From positions 1-38,861 of the forward strand of contig JAJXSZ010000001.1 in assembly GCA_021784255.1 (NCBI GenBank): a stretch of 38,861 bases of DNA. Reading direction: 5' to 3'. The position numbers were made by a program, and so were the translations under genes. The number at the start of each line of letters is the position of its first letter. The stretch's first letter is position 1. Shown here in pieces: positions 26,220 through 34,924 of the stretch. The notes under the pieces were generated by a model. The model was not told where the DNA came from. It made no database searches and saw only the letters and a list, made by a program, of their open reading frames with translations. The stretch comes from Pseudomonadota bacterium (lineage in GTDB: Bacteria; Pseudomonadota; Alphaproteobacteria; Acetobacterales; Acetobacteraceae).

Positions 26220-27500
26220 CTATGTAGGCGTCCGCCCGAGAGCCCGCCAGCCGATATCGCGACGGCAGAACCCGTCAGCCCAGACCACCCGGTCCACCGC
26301 CGCGTAGGCCGCGCGCGCGGCGTCCGCGAGCGTGGTCCCGGTCGCCGACACCGCGAGGACGCGCCCGCCGCGCGCAACCAGCACGCCGTCCTGCATTGCG
26401 GTCCCGGCATGGAACACCTGCGCGCCCGCGACGGCGCCGGCAGCATCCAGCCCGCTGATCACGCCGCCGGACGCGGGCCTGGCGGGATAGCCACGCGCGG
26501 CCAGAACCACGCTGATCGCCGCGTCCGGCGACCAGCGCACGTCGAAGGACAGAAGCTCGCCGTCCATCGCCGCGACCAGCGCCGCCAGCAGGTCGGAGCG
26601 CAGGCGCAGCATCAGCACCTCGCATTCCGGATCGCCGAAGCGGACGTTGAACTCGATCAGCTTCGGTCCCTCGGCCGTGAGCATCAGCCCCGCGAACAGG
26701 ATGCCGCGGAACGGCGTGCCGCGCCGCGCCATCTCGGCCAGCGCCGGGCGCACGATGCGCTCCATCGCCGCCTGCTCCAGCGCCGATGTCAGCGCCGGCG
26801 GCGGTCCATAGGCGCCCATCCCGCCGGTGTTGGGCCCGGTATCGCCCTCGCCCACCGCCTTGTGGTCCTGCGCCGCGCCGAACGCGATCGCATGCGCGCC
26901 GTCGCACAGCGCGAACAGGCTCACCTCCTCGCCGACCAGCCGCTCTTCGAGGACCAGCGCGCGCCCGGCCGCGCCGAGCCGCCCGACCTCCATGAACTCG
27001 GCGATGGCGACCTCCGCCTCCTCATGCGTCGTCGCCACCACCACGCCCTTGCCGGCCGCGAGCCCGTCGGCCTTGACCACCGGCGGCGTCCTGAGCGTGG
27101 CCAGATAGGCGCGCGCGGCCGCGGCATCGGTAAAGCGCCGCCAAGCGGCCGTGGGGATTCCGGCGGCAGCACAGATTTCCTTGGTGAACGACTTGCTGCC
27201 CTCGAGGCGTGCCGCCGCCGCGTCCGGGCCGAAGCAGCGAATCCCCGCAGCCTGCATCGCATCGGCGATGCCGGCGACGAGCGGGCCTTCCGGTCCCACG
27301 ACGACGAGGTCGATCGCTTCGCGCCGGGCCAGCGCGACGAGGCCGGGGATGTCGTCCACGCTCCCCGGCAGGCAGGTGGCGAGCGTCGCGATGCCCGGAT
27401 TGCCCGGCACGCAGCAGAGCGCGGTGAGCAGCGGGCTCGCCGCCAGCTTCCAGCACAGCGCATGCTCGCGTGCCCCACTCCCGATCACCAGAACCCGCAA
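26220..27500 (-). CDS. purD: phosphoribosylamine--glycine ligase
   Basis: [24 protein letters not shown] and NVRFGDPE. The TTG 27500 start is preceded by GGAAGGAG and gives the canonical [10 protein letters not shown]-terminus. The ORF-track start is 27530. Confidence 0.9.
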   Translation of the reverse strand: MRVLVIGSGAREHALCWKLAASPLLTALCCVPGNPGIATLATCLPGSVDDIPGLVALARREAIDLVVVGPEGPLVAGIADAMQAAGIRCFGPDAAAARLEGSKSFTKEICAAAGIPTAAWRRFTDAAAARAYLATLRTPPVVKADGLAAGKGVVVATTHEEAEVAIAEFMEVGRLGAAGRALVLEERLVGEEVSLFALCDGAHAIAFGAAQDHKAVGEGDTGPNTGGMGAYGPPPALTSALEQAAMERIVRPALAEMARRGTPFRGILFAGLMLTAEGPKLIEFNVRFGDPECEVLMLRLRSDLLAALVAAMDGELLSFDVRWSPDAAISVVLAARGYPARPASGGVISGLDAAGAVAGAQVFHAGTAMQDGVLVARGGRVLAVSATGTTLADAARAAYAAVDRVVWADGFCRRDIGWRALGRTPT

Positions 27501-27548
27501 AATTGCCGCTCCTTCCCGTCGTCGCGGCACCTACCATAGACTGCGGCC

Positions 27549-28925
27549 ATGGACGACTCCGGCCCCAACGTTCCCGAGTTCTCGGTCAGCGAAATCTCCG
27601 GCGCCATCAAGGCGACGCTGGAGGGCGCGTTCGGCCGCGTGCGTGTGCGCGGCGAGGTGACGGAGGTGCGGCGCTACGCCTCCGGCCACACCTATTTTTC
27701 GCTGAAGGACGAAGGCGGGAAACTAGCGGCGATCCTGTGGAAAGGGTCGGCCGCGCGCGCCGGGCTGAAACCCGAAGACGGCATCGAGGTGATCGCCACC
27801 GGCCGCATCACCGCCTACGGCGACCGCTCCACCTACCAGATCATCGTCGAGCGCCTGGACTATGCCGGTGCCGGCGCGCTGCTCGCGCGCATCGAGGCGC
27901 TGCGGGTCAAGCTGGCGGGCGAGGGCCTGTTCGACAGCGCGCGCAAGCGGGCGCTGCCGCTGCTGCCGGACGTGGTGGGCGTGGTCTCCTCCGAGCAGGG
28001 TGCGGTCATCCAGGATATCCGCACCACCATCGCGCGGCGCTTCCCCCGTCCCATCCTGCTCTGGCCGGTGCCGGTGCAGGGCGACGGCGCGGCCGAAAAG
28101 ATCGCTGCCGCCATCCGGGGTTTCAGCGCCCTGGCGCATGGCGGCCCGATCCCCCGGCCCGATGTGCTGATCGTCGCGCGCGGCGGCGGCAGCCTCGAGG
28201 ATCTGATGGCGTTCAACGACGAAGTGGTCGTGCGCGCCGCCGCCGCCAGCTCGATCCCGCTGATCTCCGCCGTGGGCCACGAGACCGACACCACGCTGAT
28301 CGATTTCGCCGCCGACCGCCGCGCACCGACGCCGACCGCCGCAGCGGAGCTTGCGGTGCCGTCGCGCGCGGAGCTCGCGGCACAGCTGGCGCAGACCGGC
28401 GCGCGGCTGCTGGGCGGGCTCGGGCGGCTGATGCAGGAGCGCCGGCTCAGGCTGCAACGGGCCGAGCGCGGCCTGCCTGATCTCGGTGCCCTGCTCGCCA
28501 CCTGGCGGCAGCGGCTCGACGATCGCGCGGAACGGCTGCGCCTGGCCCTGCCGCGCTTCGTTGCGACCAAGGGCGAGCGCCTGCCGGTGCTGAGCGAGCG
28601 CCTGCGCGGCGGCTTGCGCCAGGCACTGGCGCGCCGGGGCACGGCCGCGGCGGCGGTGCTGGCGCGGCTGCGCCCGGCGCCGCTGCAGGCGCGGCTGCGC
28701 GAAGCCGGTGCGCGGCTGGAAGGGCTCGCCGCGCGCCTGGCATCCGTGTCGCACGAGCAGGTTCTCGCCCGGGGCTACGCGCTGGTCCTGGACCGCAACG
28801 GCAACCTGCTCGCGCGCGCTGCGGCGATCGCGCCGGGGATGGCGCTGCGGCTGAAGCTGGCGGATGGCGAGGTGGCCGCGACCGCCGATGACGGCAAGCC
28901 GCGCCAGGCCTCGCTACCCCTCTAG
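27549..28925 (+). CDS. xseA: exodeoxyribonuclease VII large subunit
   Basis: OB-fold N-terminus (VRGEVTEVRRYASGHTYFSLKD), plus ARGGGSLEDLMAFNDE and GHETDTTL. Confidence 0.92.
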   Translation: MDDSGPNVPEFSVSEISGAIKATLEGAFGRVRVRGEVTEVRRYASGHTYFSLKDEGGKLAAILWKGSAARAGLKPEDGIEVIATGRITAYGDRSTYQIIVERLDYAGAGALLARIEALRVKLAGEGLFDSARKRALPLLPDVVGVVSSEQGAVIQDIRTTIARRFPRPILLWPVPVQGDGAAEKIAAAIRGFSALAHGGPIPRPDVLIVARGGGSLEDLMAFNDEVVVRAAAASSIPLISAVGHETDTTLIDFAADRRAPTPTAAAELAVPSRAELAAQLAQTGARLLGGLGRLMQERRLRLQRAERGLPDLGALLATWRQRLDDRAERLRLALPRFVATKGERLPVLSERLRGGLRQALARRGTAAAAVLARLRPAPLQARLREAGARLEGLAARLASVSHEQVLARGYALVLDRNGNLLARAAAIAPGMALRLKLADGEVAATADDGKPRQASLPL

Positions 28926-29555
28926 AAACAGCCCGCCGATCAACGCCGGCAGTTCGCACGCCCGGGTCGCGACGACCGCGCCCTCGTGCTCGCCTGGCTG
29001 CCCATAGCCCCACGCCACCGCAACCGCCGGGATGGCGTTGGCGTGCGCCGCCCTGATGTCGAAACGACTGTCACCGACCATCGCGGCGGGGCCGGTGCCA
29101 CCGCGCAGCACATCGGCCACGAGCACCGCCTTGTCATCGAAGGCGCCGCCGTCTTCGGAACCGCGCACGCTCGCGAAACGCGGCGCCACGCCGAGCCGGT
29201 CGAGCATCCGTGTGGCATAGATCGTTCGTTTCGCCGTCGCGACATGCAGCTCGGCTCCCGCCACGGCGAGTGCCGCGAGCGCGGCCTCGATGCCGGGATA
29301 GAGAGCGCATTCGCTCCAGCCCCATTGCGTGTAGAGGGCACGGTAGCGACGGGCGAGCTCCTCGGCGCGGGGGTCGGCGAAGTGCGCGAGCAGCCCGCGG
29401 CAGACGTCGAGCAGGGGCGGGCCGATCATCGCAGCCACGCCGACATCCGCCGGCATCGGGTAGCCCATTTCGGCAAGCGCCGCGCGATAGCAGCCGGTGA
29501 TGCCAGGGGCGGAGTCCACCAGGGTGCCATCCAGGTCAAAAATCACGCGCCCCAT
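28914..29555 (-). CDS. HAD-superfamily hydrolase (phosphoglycolate phosphatase-like)
   Basis: The start at MGRVIFDLDGTLVDS (DxDGT) is preceded by AAGGAGG. A GDSRFD motif lies near the C-terminus. The ATG overlaps the upstream stop (TGATG). Confidence 0.8.
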   Translation of the reverse strand: MGRVIFDLDGTLVDSAPGITGCYRAALAEMGYPMPADVGVAAMIGPPLLDVCRGLLAHFADPRAEELARRYRALYTQWGWSECALYPGIEAALAALAVAGAELHVATAKRTIYATRMLDRLGVAPRFASVRGSEDGGAFDDKAVLVADVLRGGTGPAAMVGDSRFDIRAAHANAIPAVAVAWGYGQPGEHEGAVVATRACELPALIGGLFLEG

Positions 29556-30418
29556 CAATCCTCCTTCGGCCATCGCCGGTGCAGCCACAGCCATTGCCCC
29601 GGTGTCTCGCGCACCCAGCGCTCGATCGTGGCATTCATCGCCGCGGTGAGTTCCGCCACGTCGCGCGCGCGATCGCCGGTCGCGGGATGCGCGAGCGGCG
29701 GCTCGACACGCAAGCGGAAGCGTGCCGGTCCGATGCGGATGCAATGGCCGGGAATGAGCGGGCAATCGAAACGCAACGCCAACGTCGCGGCCGCCGGCGC
29801 GGTCATTGCCATGCGGCCGAAAAACGGCGCGGCAATGCCGTCGTTCATCTTCTGGTCGGCGAGCAGCCCGATGCGCCCGCCGGCACGCAGATGCGCGATC
29901 GCCGCACGCGCGCCGGCGGCGCCCTTGGCAAATTGCGGCTGGCCGTCGGTTGCTCGCCGGCGCATGCCGACGATGATCGCATCCACCGCCTTGTTGTCGG
30001 CGGCCCGGTAAAAGCTCGCCAGACCGGCGCCGTGCACCACGCCCGCGCGCGGCATCACTTCCCAATTGCCGATATGGGCGGAAAACATCACGACCGCGCC
30101 GGAGATGCCCGCCAGGATTTCCGCGCCTTCGATCTCCCAGCCCGGACCGCTCGGCGTCGGACCGAGCCCGGCGACGTGCGGCATTTCTCCCACCGTGCGG
30201 CCCAGGTTCTCCCACACGTCGCGGATCACCGCCTGGCGTTGCGGCGTGGTCAGGTCCGGCCAGACGCGACGCAGGTTGGTGTCCGCCACGCGCGAGACTG
30301 ACAGCCATGGCCCGATCGCCCGCGCAAGGGCGCCGCCGAGATTGGAGGCGGTCTCGGGGCGCAGCCAGCCCAGCAGGCCGAAGCCGAGGCGGACCAGCCA
30401 TGCCTCCAGCCGCTTCAT
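29555..30418 (-). CDS. lipid A biosynthesis (Kdo)2-lipid IVA acyltransferase family protein (LpxL/HtrB-like)
   Basis: Size, N-terminal TM segment and the acyltransferase HX4E-type motif FSAHIGNWEV fit the family. It is also the neighbour of lpxK. Confidence 0.7.
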   Translation of the reverse strand: MKRLEAWLVRLGFGLLGWLRPETASNLGGALARAIGPWLSVSRVADTNLRRVWPDLTTPQRQAVIRDVWENLGRTVGEMPHVAGLGPTPSGPGWEIEGAEILAGISGAVVMFSAHIGNWEVMPRAGVVHGAGLASFYRAADNKAVDAIIVGMRRRATDGQPQFAKGAAGARAAIAHLRAGGRIGLLADQKMNDGIAAPFFGRMAMTAPAAATLALRFDCPLIPGHCIRIGPARFRLRVEPPLAHPATGDRARDVAELTAAMNATIERWVRETPGQWLWLHRRWPKED

Positions 30419-31374
30419 GCCAGCGCCCGATCGAGCAGCGCCGCGAGCGCCGCCTCGTCCTGCCAGGCCAGGGCCACGCCCGCCACATGCACGCGCGCGC
30501 GCCAGGCTGGCGCGAGCCGGGCAGCGTCCTTCGGGGTGGTCGCCAGCACGGCGTCGCCTGCGGCGGCGGCGAGCGCTGCCAGCTCTTCCGTTGCAAATTC
30601 ATGATGATCAGCGAAGGCTCGGGTCGCCGCCACGTCCGCGCCGAGGCCGCGCAGCATGGCAAAGAATTTTTCCGGCCGCGCCAGGCCCGCAAACGCAACG
30701 ACGCGCCGCCCCGCGAGCGAGCGTGCCGCCGCATCGGGCTCCAGGCGCGCTCGCAGCACCGGCAACGCGCGCGGCAGGGCCGCCACCGCGTGCGCGCGAT
30801 CCTCGCCGATCAGCACCGCAGCAACGCAGCGCGACGCCGCAACCGCGACGCGCTCGCGCAGCGGTCCCGCGGGCAGCAGACGGCCGTTGCCGAAGCCGCT
30901 CTCGCCATCGATCACCAGCAGCCGCACGGCATAGGCGAAGGCCGGGTTCTGCAACCCGTCATCGGCAACGATCACCTGCATGCCCGCCGCCACCGCGGCG
31001 CGCATCGCCGCCACCCGGTCCGCGCCGCGCCAGGTGGGCGCGACGCCGGCCAGCAGCAGGGGCTCGTCGCCCACCTCGGCGGCGCTGTGGCGTGCGAGAT
31101 CGACCGGCACGACGCCGGCAAGTGAGCCGCCATAGCCGCGCGTGACGAAGCCCACGCGCCGGCCGCGCGCGAGGAGGCGGGTGCCGAGATCGAGCGCCAG
31201 CGTGGTCTTGCCGGCGCCGCCAACCGTTGCGTTACCACAACAGACGACCGGCACCGGCGGCCGCCAGCTTCCCTGTGCGAGGCGCCGCGCGGTCAGCCAC
31301 GCCGTCAGGCGCTCGAACGGAGCCAGCAGGGGTACCGGCCAGCCTCCCTCGCGCCAGAACCTAGGCGCCTGCAT
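30415..31374 (-). CDS. lpxK: tetraacyldisaccharide 4'-kinase
   Basis: MQAPRFW, P-loop GNATVGGAGKTT, and VTRGYGG. Confidence 0.9.
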   Translation of the reverse strand: MQAPRFWREGGWPVPLLAPFERLTAWLTARRLAQGSWRPPVPVVCCGNATVGGAGKTTLALDLGTRLLARGRRVGFVTRGYGGSLAGVVPVDLARHSAAEVGDEPLLLAGVAPTWRGADRVAAMRAAVAAGMQVIVADDGLQNPAFAYAVRLLVIDGESGFGNGRLLPAGPLRERVAVAASRCVAAVLIGEDRAHAVAALPRALPVLRARLEPDAAARSLAGRRVVAFAGLARPEKFFAMLRGLGADVAATRAFADHHEFATEELAALAAAAGDAVLATTPKDAARLAPAWRARVHVAGVALAWQDEAALAALLDRALA

Positions 31375-32644
31375 GCTGTCCCCGCTGCCCCGCCAGCTCC
31401 GCCATCAGCGCGGCGACACGCCCCGGCAGCTCGTCCTCGCCGGCCGCCGCGGCTTGCCCGGCCTCGCCCATCGCCCTGCGGCGTGCGGGATCGCGCAGCA
31501 TCGCGGCGACGAATTCCGCGAGTGCCGCCGCGTCCGCGACCTGCGCCAGCGCGCCGGCATCGCGCAGCATCGCCACCGCGTCGGCGAAATTCGCCGCCAT
31601 CGGACCCATCGCCACCGGGCAGCCCAGGCGCGCCGGCTCGAGTGGGTTCTGCCCGCCGCCCACGGTGAGGCTCTTGCCGACGAACGCGCAGGCAGCGACG
31701 CGGTAGAACAAGCCGAGTTCGCCCAGCGTATCGGCGACGTAGAAGCCGCCCCCGTTCGGCCCGCCGGCCGGTGGCGCCTCCTCGGCCCCGCGCCGTGTCG
31801 CCGGCTGCGGCAGGCCCGCGACGATGGCCGGTCCGCGCTCCGGGTGGCGCGGCACGATGATGGTGAGCAGGTCGGGAAACTCGGCGCGCAGATGCCCGTG
31901 CACCGCGGCCGCGATCGCCTCCTCGCCGGGATGGGTGCTCGCGGCGAGCCAGCACGGGCGGCCTTCGATCTGGCGGCGCAGCCTGGCCAGCGCCATCGCG
32001 TCGACCGGCAGCGGAAAGGCGGCGAGCTTGAGGTTGCCGACCAGGCGTGGTGCGGGTGCCCCCATCGCGACCAGACGCGCGGCATCGTCGCTCGACTGAG
32101 CCTGCACCGCGGCGAAGCTCGCGAAGAGCGGGTGCACCAGCGGCTTCGCCAGGCGCCAGCGCGCGAAGCTACGTGCCGACAGGCGCGCGTTGACGAGGCC
32201 CACAGGAACGTTGCGTCTATGTAACTGATCCAGCATCGAGGGCCAGATCTCGCTTTCAACGAAACAGGCGGCGTCCGGCTGCCAGTGGTCGAGAAAGCGC
32301 GCCACCCAGGCGGGCACGTCGAGCGGCACGAAGCGATGAAAGACCGGCCCGTCGCGCGACAATTCCTTGGCCAGCATCGCCGCCGAGGTCACGGTGCCGG
32401 TGGTGAACAGGACCCTGAGCTGCGGCGGCAGGAGCATCAGCACCCGGCGCATCGAGGAAGCCTCGCCCACGCTCGCGGCGTGCAGCCACAGGAGAGGACC
32501 GCGCGGACGCGGCGAGGCGTCCTCGCCCCAGCGCTCGGCAAGCCGCGCCGCGACCTCCTTGCCCAACCCCGCCCGCCGGCGCAGCCAGACACGCAGCGCG
32601 GGGGCCGCGAGAGTGGTGGCGAAACCCTCGATCGCCGCGATCAT
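31361..32644 (-). CDS. waaA: 3-deoxy-D-manno-octulosonic acid (Kdo) transferase
   Basis: The start is taken at MIAAIEGF (ATG 32644). Motifs: LLWLHAASVGE, ESEIWP, NARLS, and the C-terminal GGQNPLEPA. Confidence 0.88.
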   Translation of the reverse strand: MIAAIEGFATTLAAPALRVWLRRRAGLGKEVAARLAERWGEDASPRPRGPLLWLHAASVGEASSMRRVLMLLPPQLRVLFTTGTVTSAAMLAKELSRDGPVFHRFVPLDVPAWVARFLDHWQPDAACFVESEIWPSMLDQLHRRNVPVGLVNARLSARSFARWRLAKPLVHPLFASFAAVQAQSSDDAARLVAMGAPAPRLVGNLKLAAFPLPVDAMALARLRRQIEGRPCWLAASTHPGEEAIAAAVHGHLRAEFPDLLTIIVPRHPERGPAIVAGLPQPATRRGAEEAPPAGGPNGGGFYVADTLGELGLFYRVAACAFVGKSLTVGGGQNPLEPARLGCPVAMGPMAANFADAVAMLRDAGALAQVADAAALAEFVAAMLRDPARRRAMGEAGQAAAAGEDELPGRVAALMAELAGQRGQHAGA

Positions 32645-32654
32645 GCCGTCTGCC

Positions 32655-33341
32655 TCATGGCGGCGCGCCGGCCATGCGCGAGGCATCGGCCAGCGCGGCG
32701 GCGATGACGGCGAGACCGGCATCGGCCGCGTCGCGCCCGATGCGGACCGGCGCGCCGCAGACCAGGACGCCGCGCGCGAACGGCACCGGCAGCACCATCC
32801 CGTCCCAGGTCGGCAGGCGGATGCGCGGCGTGACCCAGGCGGCGCAAGGCAGGACGGGCGCACCGGAGAGGGCGGCAATCTGCGCCACACCCGCCGCCGC
32901 CTGCCGGCGCGGCCCGCGCGGCCCGTCGGGCGTCATCACCACGTGCTCGCCCCCCGCCAGCACGCCCAGCAGCGCCCGCACCGCCGTCGCGCCGCCGCGG
33001 TCGCGGCCCTTGGTGCTGGTCGAGCCATGCGCCACGCCGAGGTCGAAGCGCCGCATCACCTCGCCGATGAAACGCCCGTCGCGGTGGCGGGAAACCAGCA
33101 CCCTCGCCCGCGCGCCGCTGGTGTGGACGCGCTGCCAGAGCGCGGGCATCAGCGGCAGCATCTCGTGCCAGAAGGCCGCGACCACCGGCCCCGAGGCCGG
33201 CGCAGGCCCGAGATGCGGCGAGACGTTTTCCCAGCCGACAAGGCGCCACCGGGTGGTGCCAAGCGCCAGGCGCAGATAGAGAGCGACGAGGGCCGCGAGC
33301 GCCTTCTGCGCCCAGCCCTGCCGCAGGAGGCGGGACATCAT
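32655..33341 (-). CDS. DUF374 domain protein (lysophospholipid acyltransferase-like), usual partner of waaA
   Basis: FWHEMLPLMP, SRHRDG and TPDGPRGP are characteristic DUF374 motifs. It ends 10 nt upstream of waaA. Confidence 0.75.
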   Translation of the reverse strand: MMSRLLRQGWAQKALAALVALYLRLALGTTRWRLVGWENVSPHLGPAPASGPVVAAFWHEMLPLMPALWQRVHTSGARARVLVSRHRDGRFIGEVMRRFDLGVAHGSTSTKGRDRGGATAVRALLGVLAGGEHVVMTPDGPRGPRRQAAAGVAQIAALSGAPVLPCAAWVTPRIRLPTWDGMVLPVPFARGVLVCGAPVRIGRDAADAGLAVIAAALADASRMAGAPP

Positions 33342-33350
33342 GCGCGGCGG

Positions 33351-34280
33351 TTAGCACGCCGGCGCCGCAAACGGGACATCCCCCGCCCCAGCACTCACGC
33401 CGCCCGCCAAACCGGCCAGCGCCGCCATCATCGCACGCAACCCCGCATCGACCACCTTGGTCCGGCGCAGCACCAGCGCGAGCCGCCGCTCGACCGGCGG
33501 GCGCAGCCCCCGCACGGCGGCCCCGGGGACCGGCTGGTCGAGCGCGAGGCGTGGCAGCACGGAGGCGCCAAGCCCGCTGCCGACCAGCACCTTGATCGCC
33601 TCTACGCTGCCCAGCTCCATGATGGGTTTCGCCACCAGGCCGGCGCGGCGGAACCAGGCATCGACGATGCCGCGCGTATCGCCGCCCGTTTCATAGAGAA
33701 TGAGCGGCATGGCGGCGAGACCCGCGGGTGTGAACGCGACCGGGCCCGCCAGCGCCTCCGGCAGCAGGGCCGCCAGCGCGTCGCGCCACACCGGCGTTGC
33801 CGCGAGTGTGCGCGGCACCTGGCGCGGCATGGTGACCAGCCCGAGATCGAGCGCGCCCTCCTCGACGCGGCGCAGGATGTCCGGCGTGTTGCCGGTAGCC
33901 ACGACAATCTCGAGCCCCGGCAGGCGCGCGCGAACCGTGGCCAGCGCCTTCGGCAGCAGATGGATGCAGGCAGTCGCCCCGGTCCCGAGCCGGACCCGTC
34001 CGGCCGCGCCGGCGCGCACCGCCTGGACCGCCGCCGCCGCTTCCTCGGCCGCGGCGAGCGCCTGCCGCGCCGGGCCCAGCGCCGCGAGCCCGGAGGCCGT
34101 CGCCACCAGGCGCCCGCCGGCGCGGTCGAGCAGCCGGGTGCCGAGCAGGCGCTCGACCTCGCGCAACTGCTGACTTGCCGCTGGCTGGGTCAGGTTCAGG
34201 GCCCGCGCGGCCTCGGTGACGCTGCCGCGCTCGGCGATGGCGACGAACGTGCGCAACTGGCGCAGGGACGGAATGTTCAT
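33351..34280 (-). CDS. LysR family transcriptional regulator
   Basis: N-terminal wHTH (LRQLRTFVAIAERGSVTEAARALNLTQPAASQQLREVERLLGTRLLDR) plus a substrate-binding domain of typical length. Confidence 0.9.
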   Translation of the reverse strand: MNIPSLRQLRTFVAIAERGSVTEAARALNLTQPAASQQLREVERLLGTRLLDRAGGRLVATASGLAALGPARQALAAAEEAAAAVQAVRAGAAGRVRLGTGATACIHLLPKALATVRARLPGLEIVVATGNTPDILRRVEEGALDLGLVTMPRQVPRTLAATPVWRDALAALLPEALAGPVAFTPAGLAAMPLILYETGGDTRGIVDAWFRRAGLVAKPIMELGSVEAIKVLVGSGLGASVLPRLALDQPVPGAAVRGLRPPVERRLALVLRRTKVVDAGLRAMMAALAGLAGGVSAGAGDVPFAAPAC

Positions 34281-34293
34281 AAGTGCAACTTAT
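34279..34293. promoter_or_regulatory. LysR-type T-N11-A box (ATAAGT-GCA-ACTTAT)
   Basis: A perfect 6-bp-arm palindrome overlaps the LysR start codon, in the AT-rich 76-bp divergent region. A second dyad, ATAC-CGC-GTAT, lies at 34298-34308. Confidence 0.5.
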
Positions 34294-34356
34294 ATTGATA
34301 CCGCGTATGCGAAAAATTTTCTTCGCAACCCCGTGTCGCTCGGCCAGCATGCGGGA

Positions 34357-34890
34357 ATGCCGCAGGCCACGCTCCGCCCCGTCACCGAGGCCGACATCCC
34401 GGCCATCGCCGCCATCTATGCCCACCACGTGCACCATGGCCGCGCCTCGTTCGAGACGGAAGCGCCGGACACGGCGGAGATGCAGCGCCGCCGCGCCGCC
34501 CTGCTCGCCCAGGGCTACCCCTATTTCGTCGCGACCCGCGACAGCGTGCTGGTCGGCTACGCCTATGCGAGCGCCTACCGGCCGCGCGCCGCCTACCGCG
34601 ACACGGTGGAGAACTCGGTGTATCTGCACCCCGACGAAACCAGGCGCGGCACCGGCTCGGCGCTGCTCGCCACGCTGATCGCGGCCTGCGCCGAGCGCGG
34701 CTTCCGGCAGATGGTCGCGGTGGTCGGCGACAGCGCCAACACCGCCTCGATCCGGCTGCACGAGCGACACGGATTCCGTCTCGTCGGCACGCTGCGCTCG
34801 GTCGGCTTCAAGCATGGGCAGTGGCTCGACACGGTGCTGCTGCAGCGCGAACTCGGCCCGGGCGACAGCAAGCCGCCCAGCCGGCCCTGA
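34357..34890 (+). CDS. GNAT acetyltransferase, phosphinothricin / methionine sulfoximine N-acetyltransferase (PAT)-like
   Basis: LRPVTEADIPAIAAIYAHHVHHGRASFETEAP, YAYASAYRPRAAYRDTVENSVYL, RRGTGSALL and HERHGFRLVG are typical of the PAT/MddA group. Confidence 0.75.
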   Translation: MPQATLRPVTEADIPAIAAIYAHHVHHGRASFETEAPDTAEMQRRRAALLAQGYPYFVATRDSVLVGYAYASAYRPRAAYRDTVENSVYLHPDETRRGTGSALLATLIAACAERGFRQMVAVVGDSANTASIRLHERHGFRLVGTLRSVGFKHGQWLDTVLLQRELGPGDSKPPSRP

Positions 34891-34924
34891 GCGCGGTCGC
34901 GCCGTGAGCGGGCAGGTCCAGGGA

